Positions 38,777 through 49,322 of a DNA stretch of 64,000 bases are shown here, piece by piece. The position numbers and the translations under genes were made by a program. Source of the DNA: an uncultured Mycoplasmatota bacterium (GTDB lineage Bacteria; Bacillota_I; Bacilli_A; RF39; UBA660). The notes below the pieces were generated by a model. It was not told the origin of the DNA. It did no database searches and was given only the letters and a program-made list of their open reading frames with translations. The stretch is from assembly GCA_900548695.1 (NCBI GenBank), contig URLC01000001.1, positions 271,354-335,353 on the forward strand. The letters run 5' to 3'. How positions within the stretch are numbered: position 1 is the stretch's first letter; the number at the start of each line of letters is the position of its first letter.

Positions 38777-39973
38777 ATGAATATGAAATTATTATCAGTA
38801 AATGCAGGTAGTAGTACTTTAAAATTTCGTTTATATGAAATGCCTGAGGAACGATTAATTATGAAAGGTCAATATGAGCGTATTGGATTAGAAGGCTCTT
38901 GCTATAACATAAAAATAAAAGATGTTAAAGAATCTCAATTAGTTGTTTTAAAAGATCATAAAGATGCGGTTAAATTGTTATTAAAACATTTGTTAGAACA
39001 TCATGTCATTGAATCTTTGGAAGAAATTGAAGCGGTAGGTCATAGAATTGTTCATGGCGGAAATAAATACTCTAAATCTACGGAAATTAATGATCGAGTT
39101 TTATTAGAAATTGAAGCGATTGCTCCACTTGCTCCACTTCATAATCCGGCAGCACTTAAAGGAATTAATGCTTTTATGAGTGCTATTCCTAATGCGCGTA
39201 ATGTCGCTTGTTTTGATACAGCTTTTCATCAAACGATGGAAGAAGCAACCTATTTATATCCCGTACCTTATGAATGGTATGTAAAATATGATGTTAGAAA
39301 ATATGGTTTTCATGGTTTGAGTCATAAATTTATTACGGAAAAAATGACTGAAATGTTAAATAAAGTGCCAAATTTAATTATTTGTCATATCGGTAGTGGA
39401 GCATCCATTACAGCGGTAAAGGAAGGTAAATGCATTGATACATCTATGGGATTTACACCTAATGCAGGAATTATGATGGGAACTCGTTCTGGAGATATTG
39501 ATTATTCTTTAATTAATTATGTAATGAAAAAAGAAGAAAGAAATTTAGAATGGGTAGAAAAACAACTTAATTTTGCTAGTGGGTTACAAGGTATTGCTGG
39601 TATGAGTGATTTACGTGATATCGATAGGGCTTATGAGGCTCATGAACAAAAGGTTGTTTTGGCTATTGATATGTATACAAATAAGATAGTTGATTATATT
39701 GCTAAATATTATGTTAAACTTGGTGGTGTAGTTGATGCTATTTGCTTTACTGCTGGTGGTGGTGAAAATGATGATATTATTAGAGGCGAGGTTGTAGAGA
39801 AACTTTATCCATTGGGACTTAAGTTAGATGAAGAAAAGAATAAAAAAACTATTGTACGAAAAGGTGTAGAAGGAATTATTACTAGTGAAGACTCTAAAAT
39901 ACCAGTATATGTTTTAGGTACAGATGAGGAGTTAATGATTGCTAGAGATACTTATGAAATTGTTACAAAATAG
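38777..39973 (+). CDS. ackA: acetate kinase (paralogue 1)
   Basis: SVNAGSSTLKF N-terminal motif, HRIVHGG, HLGSG-type conservation. Confidence 0.9.
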   Translation: MNMKLLSVNAGSSTLKFRLYEMPEERLIMKGQYERIGLEGSCYNIKIKDVKESQLVVLKDHKDAVKLLLKHLLEHHVIESLEEIEAVGHRIVHGGNKYSKSTEINDRVLLEIEAIAPLAPLHNPAALKGINAFMSAIPNARNVACFDTAFHQTMEEATYLYPVPYEWYVKYDVRKYGFHGLSHKFITEKMTEMLNKVPNLIICHIGSGASITAVKEGKCIDTSMGFTPNAGIMMGTRSGDIDYSLINYVMKKEERNLEWVEKQLNFASGLQGIAGMSDLRDIDRAYEAHEQKVVLAIDMYTNKIVDYIAKYYVKLGGVVDAICFTAGGGENDDIIRGEVVEKLYPLGLKLDEEKNKKTIVRKGVEGIITSEDSKIPVYVLGTDEELMIARDTYEIVTK

Positions 39974-40063
39974 GGTTTCCCTATTTTTTTTGGTTTTTAG
40001 TTTTTCTTTCAATTTTTTATGCTTTGTAGTATAATGTTAATAGGTTAAAGAAAGAGGGATGTT

Positions 40064-41245
40064 ATGAAAATAATTTCTATTAATGCAGGAAGTAGTTCCT
40101 TAAAATTTAGTTTATTTAATATGGATAATGAAACTGTAATTGCTAGTGGACTATTTGAGCGTATTGGAATAGATGGTAGTAGATATACTATTAATTTTAA
40201 TGGAGAAAAGATAATCCAAGAAATTGAGCTTCCAACTCATGTTGATGCGGTTAATATTTTACTTGATAAGCTCACTGATTTAAATATTATTTCTTCATTA
40301 GATGAAATTAATGGTGTTGGTCATCGTATTGTTCAAGGTAAGGATGTGTTTAAAGAATCTGTCCTTGTTAATGATGATGTTATGGAAAAGTTAGAGGCAA
40401 TTAAAGGATTTGCTCCTTTACATAATCCAGCTAATATGTTAGGAATAGAAGCTTTTAGAAAAGTATTACCTGATGTACCAATGGTTGCTGTTTTTGATAC
40501 TTCTTTCCATCAAACTATGGATAAAGCAACTTATTTATATCCAGTTCCATATAGTTGGTATGAAGATTATGGTGTTCGTAAATATGGGGCTCATGGTACT
40601 TCTCATCGTTATATTGCTGAGACAGTTAAAAAAATATTGGGTAAAGAGGATTTCCGTTTGATTAGTTGTCATATTGGTAATGGTGGTTCTATTACAGCTA
40701 TTAAGGATGGTAAATGTGTAGATACTTCTATGGGATTTACACCGCTTGCAGGAATTATGATGGGAACTCGTTCTGGAGATATCGATCCATCTATTATTCC
40801 TTATGTTATGGAAAAAGAAGGAAAGAATGCTAGCGAAGTCATTGATGACTTAAATAAGCGTAGTGGCCTTTTTGGAATGAGTGAATATAGTAGTGATATG
40901 CGTGATGTGTTAGAAAAATGTGATCTTCAAGATGAAAAAGCCATCGTGGCTCGTGATAAATATGTTCGTCGTGTTGTGGATTACATTGCACAATATTATG
41001 TATTGCTTGGTGGTGCAGATGTCATTGTATTTACAGCTGGTGTGGGAGAAAATAGTATTCCTGTTCGCAGACAAATTTGTGAAGAGTTAGCGTGTCTTGG
41101 GGTTAAGATTGATTTGGATCTTAATAATAAAAGAGGAGAAGTTGTAAAAATAAGTACAGCTGATTCTAAAATTGATGTTTACGTTATTCCAACGGATGAA
41201 GAATTGATGATTGCTAGGGATACTTTAAGTTTAATTAATAGATAG
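40064..41245 (+). CDS. acetate/propionate kinase family (paralogue 2)
   Basis: SINAGSSSLKF, HRIVQG; collinear with the upstream paralogue at roughly 50% identity. Confidence 0.85.
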   Translation: MKIISINAGSSSLKFSLFNMDNETVIASGLFERIGIDGSRYTINFNGEKIIQEIELPTHVDAVNILLDKLTDLNIISSLDEINGVGHRIVQGKDVFKESVLVNDDVMEKLEAIKGFAPLHNPANMLGIEAFRKVLPDVPMVAVFDTSFHQTMDKATYLYPVPYSWYEDYGVRKYGAHGTSHRYIAETVKKILGKEDFRLISCHIGNGGSITAIKDGKCVDTSMGFTPLAGIMMGTRSGDIDPSIIPYVMEKEGKNASEVIDDLNKRSGLFGMSEYSSDMRDVLEKCDLQDEKAIVARDKYVRRVVDYIAQYYVLLGGADVIVFTAGVGENSIPVRRQICEELACLGVKIDLDLNNKRGEVVKISTADSKIDVYVIPTDEELMIARDTLSLINR

Positions 41246-41255
41246 GAAGATTTGG

Positions 41256-42215
41256 ATGTATAAGAAGATACTAAAGGCTATAAAGAAATACCAGACGATT
41301 GTGATTGCTAGGCATATTGGTGTTGATCCTGATGCTTTGTGCAGTCAATTAGCTTTGCGTGATGCGATTAAGTATAATTTTCCAGAAAAAAAAGTTATTG
41401 CTATTGGGACAGGTAGTGCTAAGTTTGCACATATTGGGAAACTTGATAAATTGGAAAATGTTCAAAATGCATTATTGATTGTTACTGATACGCCAGATAA
41501 AAGAAGAGTAGATTCTGCTGATTTTTCCCAGTTTTCATCTGTTATTAAAATTGATCATCATCCGTTTGTTGAAACATTTGGAGATATTGAATTGATTGAT
41601 GATAAAGCTTCTTCTACCTGTGAAGTTATTATGAATTTTTTGTATCATACTAAGTTGGCTATTAACTCTTCTATTGCAGAGTTATTGTATATGGGGCTTG
41701 TTTCAGATTCTAATCGTTTCTTATTTAATAGCTGTACTGCAGCTACTTTTGAAGTTGTTGCACATTATCTTCGAGAATATCCTTTCGATATTGCTACTGC
41801 TTATCAAAAACTTTATTTGAGACCACTTAGTGAGGTTAGATTGGAAGGATATATCTCTTCTAATATGATTGTAACTGAGAATGGTCTGGGGTATGTTAAG
41901 ATAACTAATCAAATTATTCAAGAGTATGGTGTTGATAGTGCTTCCGCAGGAAATATGATTAATGATTTTAACTATATTAAAGAAGTTGTTGTTTGGGCAA
42001 CTATTACGGAAGATATCAAGAATAATCAAATTCGTATTTCCATTCGGTCTAGAGGGCCTGCTATTAATCAAGTTGCTGAAAAATATAATGGTGGTGGCCA
42101 TAAATTTGCTTCTGGAGCTAGAGTTAAAAGTTTTGAAGAAGCATTAGATTTGATGCATGATTTAGATTTAGTTTTAGAAAAATATCAAAGTGAGGTGGAA
42201 AACGATGGTAATTAA
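41256..42215 (+). CDS. nrnA: DHH/DHHA1 phosphoesterase (NrnA-like oligoribonuclease / pAp phosphatase)
   Basis: DHH motif IKIDHHPF; DHHA1 GGGH (NGGGHKFASGA). Confidence 0.8.
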   Translation: MYKKILKAIKKYQTIVIARHIGVDPDALCSQLALRDAIKYNFPEKKVIAIGTGSAKFAHIGKLDKLENVQNALLIVTDTPDKRRVDSADFSQFSSVIKIDHHPFVETFGDIELIDDKASSTCEVIMNFLYHTKLAINSSIAELLYMGLVSDSNRFLFNSCTAATFEVVAHYLREYPFDIATAYQKLYLRPLSEVRLEGYISSNMIVTENGLGYVKITNQIIQEYGVDSASAGNMINDFNYIKEVVVWATITEDIKNNQIRISIRSRGPAINQVAEKYNGGGHKFASGARVKSFEEALDLMHDLDLVLEKYQSEVENDGN

Positions 42216-42801
42216 AGATGCTAATTTAGAGATTATTGCGACTAGAAGAAGTCAGTATCCTGATCTTAATAAACCAGAATTTTTATTGGTTGGTCGTAGT
42301 AACGTTGGCAAAAGTAGTTTTATTAATGCAATTTTATCAAGAAAAAATTTAGCATATACATCTTCTCGACCAGGAAAGACACAAACATTAAATTTTTACT
42401 CAGTGAATGATAGTTTTTATTTAATTGATGTACCAGGGTATGGCTATGCTTCTGTTGATAAAAAATCACAATCTAAATTTGGCATGATGATAGAGGAATA
42501 CTTGGAAAAAAGAGAAGTATTAAAAAGGGTATTTTTGTTAATTGATTTCCGTCATAAACCTACTGAAGATGATTTGTTGATGTATAATTTTTTGAAATAT
42601 TATAACTTACCAGTAACGGTTGTTGCTACTAAGGCCGATAAAGTTGGAGGAAGTAAGAAACAAAAAAATTTAAAAGATATTTTAGATACTTTAGATTTAG
42701 TAGTGGGAGATGATTTAATCGTTTTTTCTAGTGTGACTAAATTGGGAGTAAAAGAAGTAGTTAAAAAAATTGAAAGTCTAATTAACGGTGATGTTATTTA
42801 G
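42190..42801 (+). CDS. engB: ribosome biogenesis GTPase YsxC/EngB
   Basis: GRSNVGKSSFINA G1 motif, DVPGYGY G3 motif, TKADK G4 motif. Confidence 0.85.
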   Translation: MRWKTMVIKDANLEIIATRRSQYPDLNKPEFLLVGRSNVGKSSFINAILSRKNLAYTSSRPGKTQTLNFYSVNDSFYLIDVPGYGYASVDKKSQSKFGMMIEEYLEKREVLKRVFLLIDFRHKPTEDDLLMYNFLKYYNLPVTVVATKADKVGGSKKQKNLKDILDTLDLVVGDDLIVFSSVTKLGVKEVVKKIESLINGDVI

Positions 42802-43285
42802 ACTTTTTTCATATATTACAGTAGGTGAATGTATGAAGATTGAAAAAATCAACTTAAGACAATTTTTAATTTTTATTAATTCTTCTTATTGTAAAGATAT
42901 TAATTTTTTTAATAAAGATAGTTTGATTCAAGGAGTAAAGAAAATATTATTAAAATTGAAAGATAAGATATTTTTACGAGGCTTTTATAAGGTTAAAGTA
43001 TATGTTAATGCGAAATTAGGTCTTTTTTTAGAGGTTAATCAATTAGAAGAGTTTGAATATGAAAATAGTTTAGATTTTAGAGTTATTGTGTATTTAGATG
43101 AGAAGATTTATTTTAGAACCGAAGATTATTTTTTGTTGCCAGCAAAAACTAATGTATATTATGATAAGAAATATTATTATTGTGATGTAGATGAAGTTTC
43201 TGATATTCAATCTATTTTAGAATTTGGAGATTTTGTTTATGGTAAAAATCTATATCAAGTAATGAATAACTGGAACTTTTTATAA
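42788..43285 (+). CDS. hypothetical protein
   Basis: ORF only; bounded downstream by a bidirectional terminator at 43322-43346. Confidence 0.35.
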   Translation: MMLFRLFSYITVGECMKIEKINLRQFLIFINSSYCKDINFFNKDSLIQGVKKILLKLKDKIFLRGFYKVKVYVNAKLGLFLEVNQLEEFEYENSLDFRVIVYLDEKIYFRTEDYFLLPAKTNVYYDKKYYYCDVDEVSDIQSILEFGDFVYGKNLYQVMNNWNFL

Positions 43286-43346
43286 TTATAGAGTTTATTT
43301 CATAGAAGTTCTTATCACTAAAAAATCCACATTATTGTGGATTTTT

Positions 43347-44828
43347 TTATATGACAATAGTTATTAGATTGTTAGATCCTTTATTGACCACTTTAGCAAG
43401 GGTTGTTTGGAGTTTTAATCTGATGTTATCTGGCATTAGGTTTATTTTGGATTGAATACCTTCTTGAACTATTGAATCTAGGCTTCTACCGAATATTTCA
43501 CTTTTCCAAATGTCACTAGGATTTTTGTCTTTATCTTTAGTGAGGTAGTCAATTAATTCTTTGCTTTGAACTTCGCTACCAATTATTGGTTCAAAAGTTG
43601 ATTCTACGTCGACTCTTATCATATGAATTGATGGAGCAACTGCTTTTAATTTTACTCCATAACGTGGACCTTGTTTCACGATTTCTGGCTTATCTAGTTT
43701 CATATCTTCAATCGATGGAGTAGCAACACCATAGCCGGTTTGTTTTACCATTTTTAGCGCATATTTAATTTGATCATATTCTTTTTTAGCAGTATTGAAT
43801 TCTTGGAATAATGCTAGTAGCTGTGCTTTACTTTGGACATCTATTTTTATAATGTCGGTTAATACTTGATTATAAAGATTTGGTGGTGCAGTTAAAGTTA
43901 TAGTAATTATTCCAGTTGATGCATCTACTTCTGAGAGATAGGCTTTTTCAATCATATCATTGGTTAGAAAATGATCCGTTATATGTTCTATATCTTTTAG
44001 TTTATCTATTTCAATTACACTTTCTCTGATGGTATTCATATAAGTCTTTTTAACCGGGTGATCTGGGTTTAAAATAGTAATCCATTCTGGCATATTTACT
44101 TTTACTTCTAGCACTGGAAATTCATATAGGGCTTCCCGTAATATATTGTACATATCTTTTTCATTCATTGCTTCTATACTAATTGGTAGGACGGGTACTT
44201 GATGTTCTTCTTTTAGAGATTCAGCTAAACGAATCGTTTCTGGTAGAGTAGGATGCGTAGTGTTTAAAATTACGATAAATGGTTTACCAATACTTTTTAG
44301 CTCATCTATTACTCTTTTTTCAGCTTCAATATAGTCATTTCTATCGAATTCTCCAATAGATCCATCTGTTGTGATAACAATACCGATGGTTGAGTGATCC
44401 TTAATAACTTTTTCTGTTCCTATTTCAGCTGCTTCAACAAAGGGAATTTCTTCGGTATACCAAGGAGTTTTTACCATTCGAGGACCATTTTCATCCGTTG
44501 CTCCCAAAGCTTTCTCAATCATATAACCGACACAATCTATTAGTCTAATATTACAAGTTACTTCATCTATTTTTATTTTTGCGGTATTATTAGGGACAAA
44601 TTTTGGTTCAGTAGTCATAATTGTTTTTCCGGCTGCACTTTGCGGTATTTCATCTAAAGCTCTTTTTCGTTCATATTCATCTTCGATGTGTGGGACAATT
44701 AAAGTTTCAACCATTCTTTTTATAAAAGTTGATTTTCCTGTTCTTACTGCACCAACAACTCCAAGATAAATATCTCCGCCACTTCGCTTTGCAATATTTT
44801 TAATAATTTCTTGTTTATCCATACACAT
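43347..44828 (-). CDS. spoIVA: stage IV sporulation protein A (spore coat morphogenetic ATPase)
   Basis: GGDIYLGVVGAVRTGKSTFIK Walker A; collinear with B. subtilis SpoIVA over the full length. Confidence 0.92.
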   Translation of the reverse strand: MCMDKQEIIKNIAKRSGGDIYLGVVGAVRTGKSTFIKRMVETLIVPHIEDEYERKRALDEIPQSAAGKTIMTTEPKFVPNNTAKIKIDEVTCNIRLIDCVGYMIEKALGATDENGPRMVKTPWYTEEIPFVEAAEIGTEKVIKDHSTIGIVITTDGSIGEFDRNDYIEAEKRVIDELKSIGKPFIVILNTTHPTLPETIRLAESLKEEHQVPVLPISIEAMNEKDMYNILREALYEFPVLEVKVNMPEWITILNPDHPVKKTYMNTIRESVIEIDKLKDIEHITDHFLTNDMIEKAYLSEVDASTGIITITLTAPPNLYNQVLTDIIKIDVQSKAQLLALFQEFNTAKKEYDQIKYALKMVKQTGYGVATPSIEDMKLDKPEIVKQGPRYGVKLKAVAPSIHMIRVDVESTFEPIIGSEVQSKELIDYLTKDKDKNPSDIWKSEIFGRSLDSIVQEGIQSKINLMPDNIRLKLQTTLAKVVNKGSNNLITIVI

Positions 44829-44881
44829 TCTCCTTATACAGTTAACTTTATGTTAATGTATAAAAAAAAAGAACGATTTTA

Positions 44882-45937
44882 TCATTCTTTATAATTAATT
44901 GATTGTAATATCTTTTGATATTCTAATTTACAGCTATCTATATCATTTGAATCTAGTGTATCAGTAGTTTTTATTTCATAGATATGGTCTTTATATTGAA
45001 GGGCATACGTAGTATCTTGTGAATATTCATCTTGAATTATTTTATAAGACCAAATTTGGTTGTTGATTGGCATCGTTAATAACTGACTAACTTGATCTTT
45101 GCCGGATAAATAAATATTACTATTAATGTAGTCTTCTATACTATCATACATACTTAAATAATCTGTTGATTTGAATGATATACTACAATATTTATAGTCT
45201 TCATAGTAATGGTATGATTGATATGTTTCAGTTCTATAGCTACTTGGTTCAAAACCTTTTGGTATAGTGTAGTTCAAGTCATTTATTTGATAGTTTTGAT
45301 TGTTTTCTAATGTCTTGGTTTTGGAGTCTTTATGATTGAGATATGCTTCATATGTACCTATAGCAACTAAGATACCGAACATTATTATAATAAGAAGCAT
45401 GATAGCTAAAATAGTTTTATTAGTTCCACCTTTTATTTTACAACGATTGATTAATAAGTCTCTATTAATATTTTGATTTAACAATCTGAGATTTTCCACT
45501 CTTTTTTTGACTTCAGTTAAATAAATGGTAGAGAATCCAATTGCTAATAGCAATCGAATAATAATTGCCATGATAACACTTGTTGGTAGTAAAATAGCCT
45601 CTACTAAAAACCAAATAAAACCATATAGATATAGCTTTCTATATAAAAAGTAGATTGGTCCAAATAGTAGTGTAGGGATAGAAAAGTGAGAATTTTTAAT
45701 CTTTTCATAATTACTACCTACATATCCTTCTATTAATTCATCTGCTCCTTTATAACTATAGTTTAGACTGTATTGATATTGATCTTCATGAGATGGTGAA
45801 ATTTTTTCTTGATTTTTTTCTTCTTTGTTAGGTACATAATTGTAACGATTTAATTCTTCTTTAATATTTGCACCACAATGGGGACAAAATTGAGTATTTT
45901 CTTCTACTTTAGTACCACATCTAAAACAATAACGCAT
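44882..45937 (-). CDS. zinc-ribbon (N-terminal CxxC...CxxC) polytopic membrane protein, hypothetical
   Basis: MRYCFRCGTKVEENTQFCPHCG followed by TM helices. Confidence 0.45.
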   Translation of the reverse strand: MRYCFRCGTKVEENTQFCPHCGANIKEELNRYNYVPNKEEKNQEKISPSHEDQYQYSLNYSYKGADELIEGYVGSNYEKIKNSHFSIPTLLFGPIYFLYRKLYLYGFIWFLVEAILLPTSVIMAIIIRLLLAIGFSTIYLTEVKKRVENLRLLNQNINRDLLINRCKIKGGTNKTILAIMLLIIIMFGILVAIGTYEAYLNHKDSKTKTLENNQNYQINDLNYTIPKGFEPSSYRTETYQSYHYYEDYKYCSISFKSTDYLSMYDSIEDYINSNIYLSGKDQVSQLLTMPINNQIWSYKIIQDEYSQDTTYALQYKDHIYEIKTTDTLDSNDIDSCKLEYQKILQSINYKE

Positions 45938-46000
45938 AACTTCCTCCTATTTTCTTCATTTTATCATAAAATTTGTATAAGAAAAATACCTTTAAGGTAT

Positions 46001-46240
46001 TTAAAACATTTTATCTATATCTTTTGGAACATTATCTTTCATAATACTATTAACAATTTTATCTTCTTTTTCTTTTGAAACTTCTTTTCCTGTCATTTTA
46101 CTTATTTCTTGAACTACTTCACGAAGTGTTTTTTCATCTTTCATGTTAGAATCTTGAATTTTACTTGCTAAAGACATAATGGTATTTTTATCAATATTAG
46201 TCTTTTTTTCTACTCGTTTAAAAAAGTTATCACCAAACAT
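46001..46240 (-). CDS. small hypothetical protein
   Basis: ORF with an upstream AGGAGGTATC RBS-like sequence. Confidence 0.3.
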   Translation of the reverse strand: MFGDNFFKRVEKKTNIDKNTIMSLASKIQDSNMKDEKTLREVVQEISKMTGKEVSKEKEDKIVNSIMKDNVPKDIDKMF

Positions 46241-46275
46241 AGATACCTCCTGGTATAGTGTATGTTTAGTGATAA

Positions 46276-46599
46276 CTATTGTTGACTTCTTTTTTTACCT
46301 AATTGTGCGCATTTTTTATTAAATTCATCTAAAGTGATAGATCCTTGCTCTAATCTTTCATGTAATAAAGCTAAGGTTTTATCACTCATATCGTTTTTAT
46401 TTAAAGGATTTATGTGTTGTTGTGTTTTTATATCTTTCGTGAAAATATTTTTTTGATTTGTATTTTGAATCTGTTGTTGAAATTCTTGATTTTTATTGAT
46501 GAACTTATTATTTTCAAAATGATTTCCTATTGGCTTTTGAAAACCAGTAGATTGATTATTATTGAAATTATTTCCCATTAACATATTATTCATCTCCAC
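46276..46599 (-). CDS. Q/N-rich small protein with a C-terminal SHOCT-like domain
   Basis: C-terminus DKTLALLHERLEQGSITLDEFNKKCAQL. Confidence 0.4.
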   Translation of the reverse strand: MEMNNMLMGNNFNNNQSTGFQKPIGNHFENNKFINKNQEFQQQIQNTNQKNIFTKDIKTQQHINPLNKNDMSDKTLALLHERLEQGSITLDEFNKKCAQLGKKRSQQ

Positions 46600-47890
46600 T
46601 TCGGTTTTTAAATTGAAGAATGATTGGAGTTCCTTCTAACTCAAAGTTTTCTCTTAATTTATTTTCTAGGTATCTTTCGTATGAGAAATGAACTAATCCT
46701 TTATTATTTACTCTTAATGTAAATTTTGGTGGCTTTGTTCCAGTTTGAGATGAGAAGTATATTTTTAAACGATTTCCTTTATATGATGGTGGAATATTTA
46801 ATTGATAAGCATCTTGAATAACGTTGTTTAAAAGACTAGTCGGTATTTCTCGTTTAATATTTTCTCCGACTTTAATAATTTCTGGCATTAAAGTATGAAT
46901 TCTTTTCTTTGTTAGAGCTGATAGATAGACTATTGGGGCATATGTTGCAAATTGAAATTCCGCACGCATTAATTTTTCAAATTCTTGGATGGTTGTATCT
47001 TTGATAGTGTCCCATTTATTGACAACGAAGATTAAACCTTTTCCACGTTCAATAGCGTATCCAGCTATGTGTTTATCATGTTCTTTGATTCCTTCTTCGG
47101 CATTTATTACAACTAAACATATATCACTTCTGTCTATGGCTTTTAAGGAACGAAATAGACTGTATTTTTCTACAGCTTCAAAGATACGTCCTTTTTTACG
47201 CATACCAGCAGTATCTATTAGGAGATATTCTTCGTTATGGTATTTTAATACAGAATCAATAGAGTCTCTTGTTGTACCAGCAACATTAGATACTACTACA
47301 CGTTCTTCATTTAATAAAGCATTCATCAAACTACTTTTACCAACATTAGGTCTACCAATAATGGAAAATTTTAATCTTGTATCAATTACTTCTTCTTTTT
47401 CTTGAAAATCTTTAGTAACAGCATCCATTAATTCAATATAACCAGTATTATGAATACTACTAATTGGTATATAAGTATCAAAACCTAGTTCATAGAAATC
47501 ATAAATGTTATTTTGTGCTTCTTTATTATCAACTTTATTAATTGCAACAATGACTTCTTTTTTACTTTTTCTAAGTAAATCTCTTACTAATAAATCATTA
47601 CTAGTTAGCCCTTCTTTACCATCTACGATAAAAACTACGATATCTGCTTCTTTGATGGCTATTTCTGCTTGCATTTTAATTTCATCGTTGAATTTCATTT
47701 TGCTTGCATCAATACCACCAGTATCTACTAAATAAAAACGTTTATTATTATAACTTGCTTCTTGATAAATTCTATCTCTAGTTACCCCAGGTAAATCTTC
47801 GATTATAGAAACTTTTTTTCCTACAATTTTATTAAATAAAGTTGATTTTCCAACATTAGGTCTTCCAACTAAAGCAACAGTAGGTATCAT
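46586..47890 (-). CDS. der: ribosome-associated GTPase Der (EngA), two GTPase domains plus a KH-like domain
   Basis: Two G-domains (GRPNVGKST / GRPNVGKSS); C-terminal KH-like domain. Confidence 0.92.
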   Translation of the reverse strand: MIPTVALVGRPNVGKSTLFNKIVGKKVSIIEDLPGVTRDRIYQEASYNNKRFYLVDTGGIDASKMKFNDEIKMQAEIAIKEADIVVFIVDGKEGLTSNDLLVRDLLRKSKKEVIVAINKVDNKEAQNNIYDFYELGFDTYIPISSIHNTGYIELMDAVTKDFQEKEEVIDTRLKFSIIGRPNVGKSSLMNALLNEERVVVSNVAGTTRDSIDSVLKYHNEEYLLIDTAGMRKKGRIFEAVEKYSLFRSLKAIDRSDICLVVINAEEGIKEHDKHIAGYAIERGKGLIFVVNKWDTIKDTTIQEFEKLMRAEFQFATYAPIVYLSALTKKRIHTLMPEIIKVGENIKREIPTSLLNNVIQDAYQLNIPPSYKGNRLKIYFSSQTGTKPPKFTLRVNNKGLVHFSYERYLENKLRENFELEGTPIILQFKNRSGDE

Positions 47891-48012
47891 AGTATCCCCT
47901 CCAATTCATTGGTATTATATCATAGGATTGTCAAATTTTAAAGAAAAATTCAGTTCTTGAATAAAAGTTATTACAATATATGTTATAATACTAGTATGTT
48001 AGGAGGCTAAAG

Positions 48013-48882
48013 ATGGAATTAGAAAAAAAACAAACAGAAATTGAATGGTATGATAATCCTTTAATTGTTACTAATATTATTATTGGTTTGATTGCAATTA
48101 TTATTATTTTAAGTCAGTCTTTTGCGATTAATAATAATCTTAGTACTCAGGCTATTTTAAGAAGTATTATTAATCATAATAGTATTTATTTAATCGTACT
48201 TGTTTATTTTGTAGCATTAAAGACAAATATTGGTAAAAAATATTTTGATTTTTTAAATATATTTTTAATTATATTATATTTTCTTACTGCTATTACGTCT
48301 GTACTTACTTTATTTCAATCATTTTCATTAGAAAGTTTGATTGGTTGTCTTTTACAGATAGTATTATTTGTTTATTTATTTCATACACTATTACGTAGAA
48401 CTAGGGTATGGAAAGATTTTCATTTAAAGAAATCACCATTTAATGAAATTAAAAATGATTCTTATTTTTATATCGTTATGATATTAGCAATTATTTTACT
48501 TGCTATTGATTTAATTGCTACTACTACATTTGATGGAACAGTACTTGCTTTACTGGATGCAATTTATATTATTCTTTTTGCAAGATATGTTTATTTATAT
48601 GGTTGTTTTTTAGATAATAAAGAAAAAAAGATTAATACTACTACTAGTGTGGAAGAAATAAAAGAAAAAGTAGAGTTGGTGAAAGACAAATTAGATGAAG
48701 TTGTCGATGATATTCAAGATACAGTAGAAGAAAGTATTCATACTATTGTAGAAAAAGTTGATGATATAAAAAAAGATAATAAAGTTGTTAAGGATACTAG
48801 AACTACCACAAAAAAAACTACTAAGAAAGTTATTAAGAAAACATCAAGTAAAGATACAAAGAAAAAAGAGGAGGATAAATAA
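48013..48882 (+). CDS. polytopic membrane protein with a Lys-rich C-terminal tail, hypothetical
   Basis: Multiple TM helices; C-terminal K/T-rich tail. Confidence 0.4.
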   Translation: MELEKKQTEIEWYDNPLIVTNIIIGLIAIIIILSQSFAINNNLSTQAILRSIINHNSIYLIVLVYFVALKTNIGKKYFDFLNIFLIILYFLTAITSVLTLFQSFSLESLIGCLLQIVLFVYLFHTLLRRTRVWKDFHLKKSPFNEIKNDSYFYIVMILAIILLAIDLIATTTFDGTVLALLDAIYIILFARYVYLYGCFLDNKEKKINTTTSVEEIKEKVELVKDKLDEVVDDIQDTVEESIHTIVEKVDDIKKDNKVVKDTRTTTKKTTKKVIKKTSSKDTKKKEEDK

Positions 48883-48884
48883 TT

Positions 48885-49223
48885 ATGAATATGTTTGAGG
48901 AGATAGAACGTCAAAAAGAAGATCTTCCTAAGTTTAAAAATATTACTACTGAAGTGTCACATTATACTTTTAATGGGTATCAAAAATTTGCAATTGTAAC
49001 CTTTTTAGTTTGCTTTTGTATTGGTATTATTTTAGGAAATTTATTTCCTGCTTGTGGAACAAGTTCTAGTCTTTATGGGGCTTGTACCTCTACGGAATTT
49101 AATTTTTCTTTGATGGTGTTTTTTTGGTTTATTTCTTTTATTGGTTGTTTATTCTTTTATGCTATTGGTCACATTATTTCATTACTTACATCTATTGATG
49201 AATCTTTGCGTAAAAATAAGTAA
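48885..49223 (+). CDS. small membrane protein, hypothetical
   Basis: Two TM helices; 2-bp gap from the upstream gene. Confidence 0.35.
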   Translation: MNMFEEIERQKEDLPKFKNITTEVSHYTFNGYQKFAIVTFLVCFCIGIILGNLFPACGTSSSLYGACTSTEFNFSLMVFFWFISFIGCLFFYAIGHIISLLTSIDESLRKNK

Positions 49224-49322
49224 AAAAGCTTTTAATTACTTGCAATTTCAATAAAGTCATGGTAGATTTAATATGTAAGCATATAGTGCTTAATTAAGAT
49301 TATTAGGGAGGTATATATTAAT

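Noticed and set aside
41721-42101. 126-aa ORF antisense to nrnA and 61-aa ORF 41962-42147
   Set aside because: Antisense or embedded in the DHH/DHHA1 gene.
46989-47735. 138- and 76-aa ORFs antisense to der
   Set aside because: Antisense to a conserved GTPase gene.
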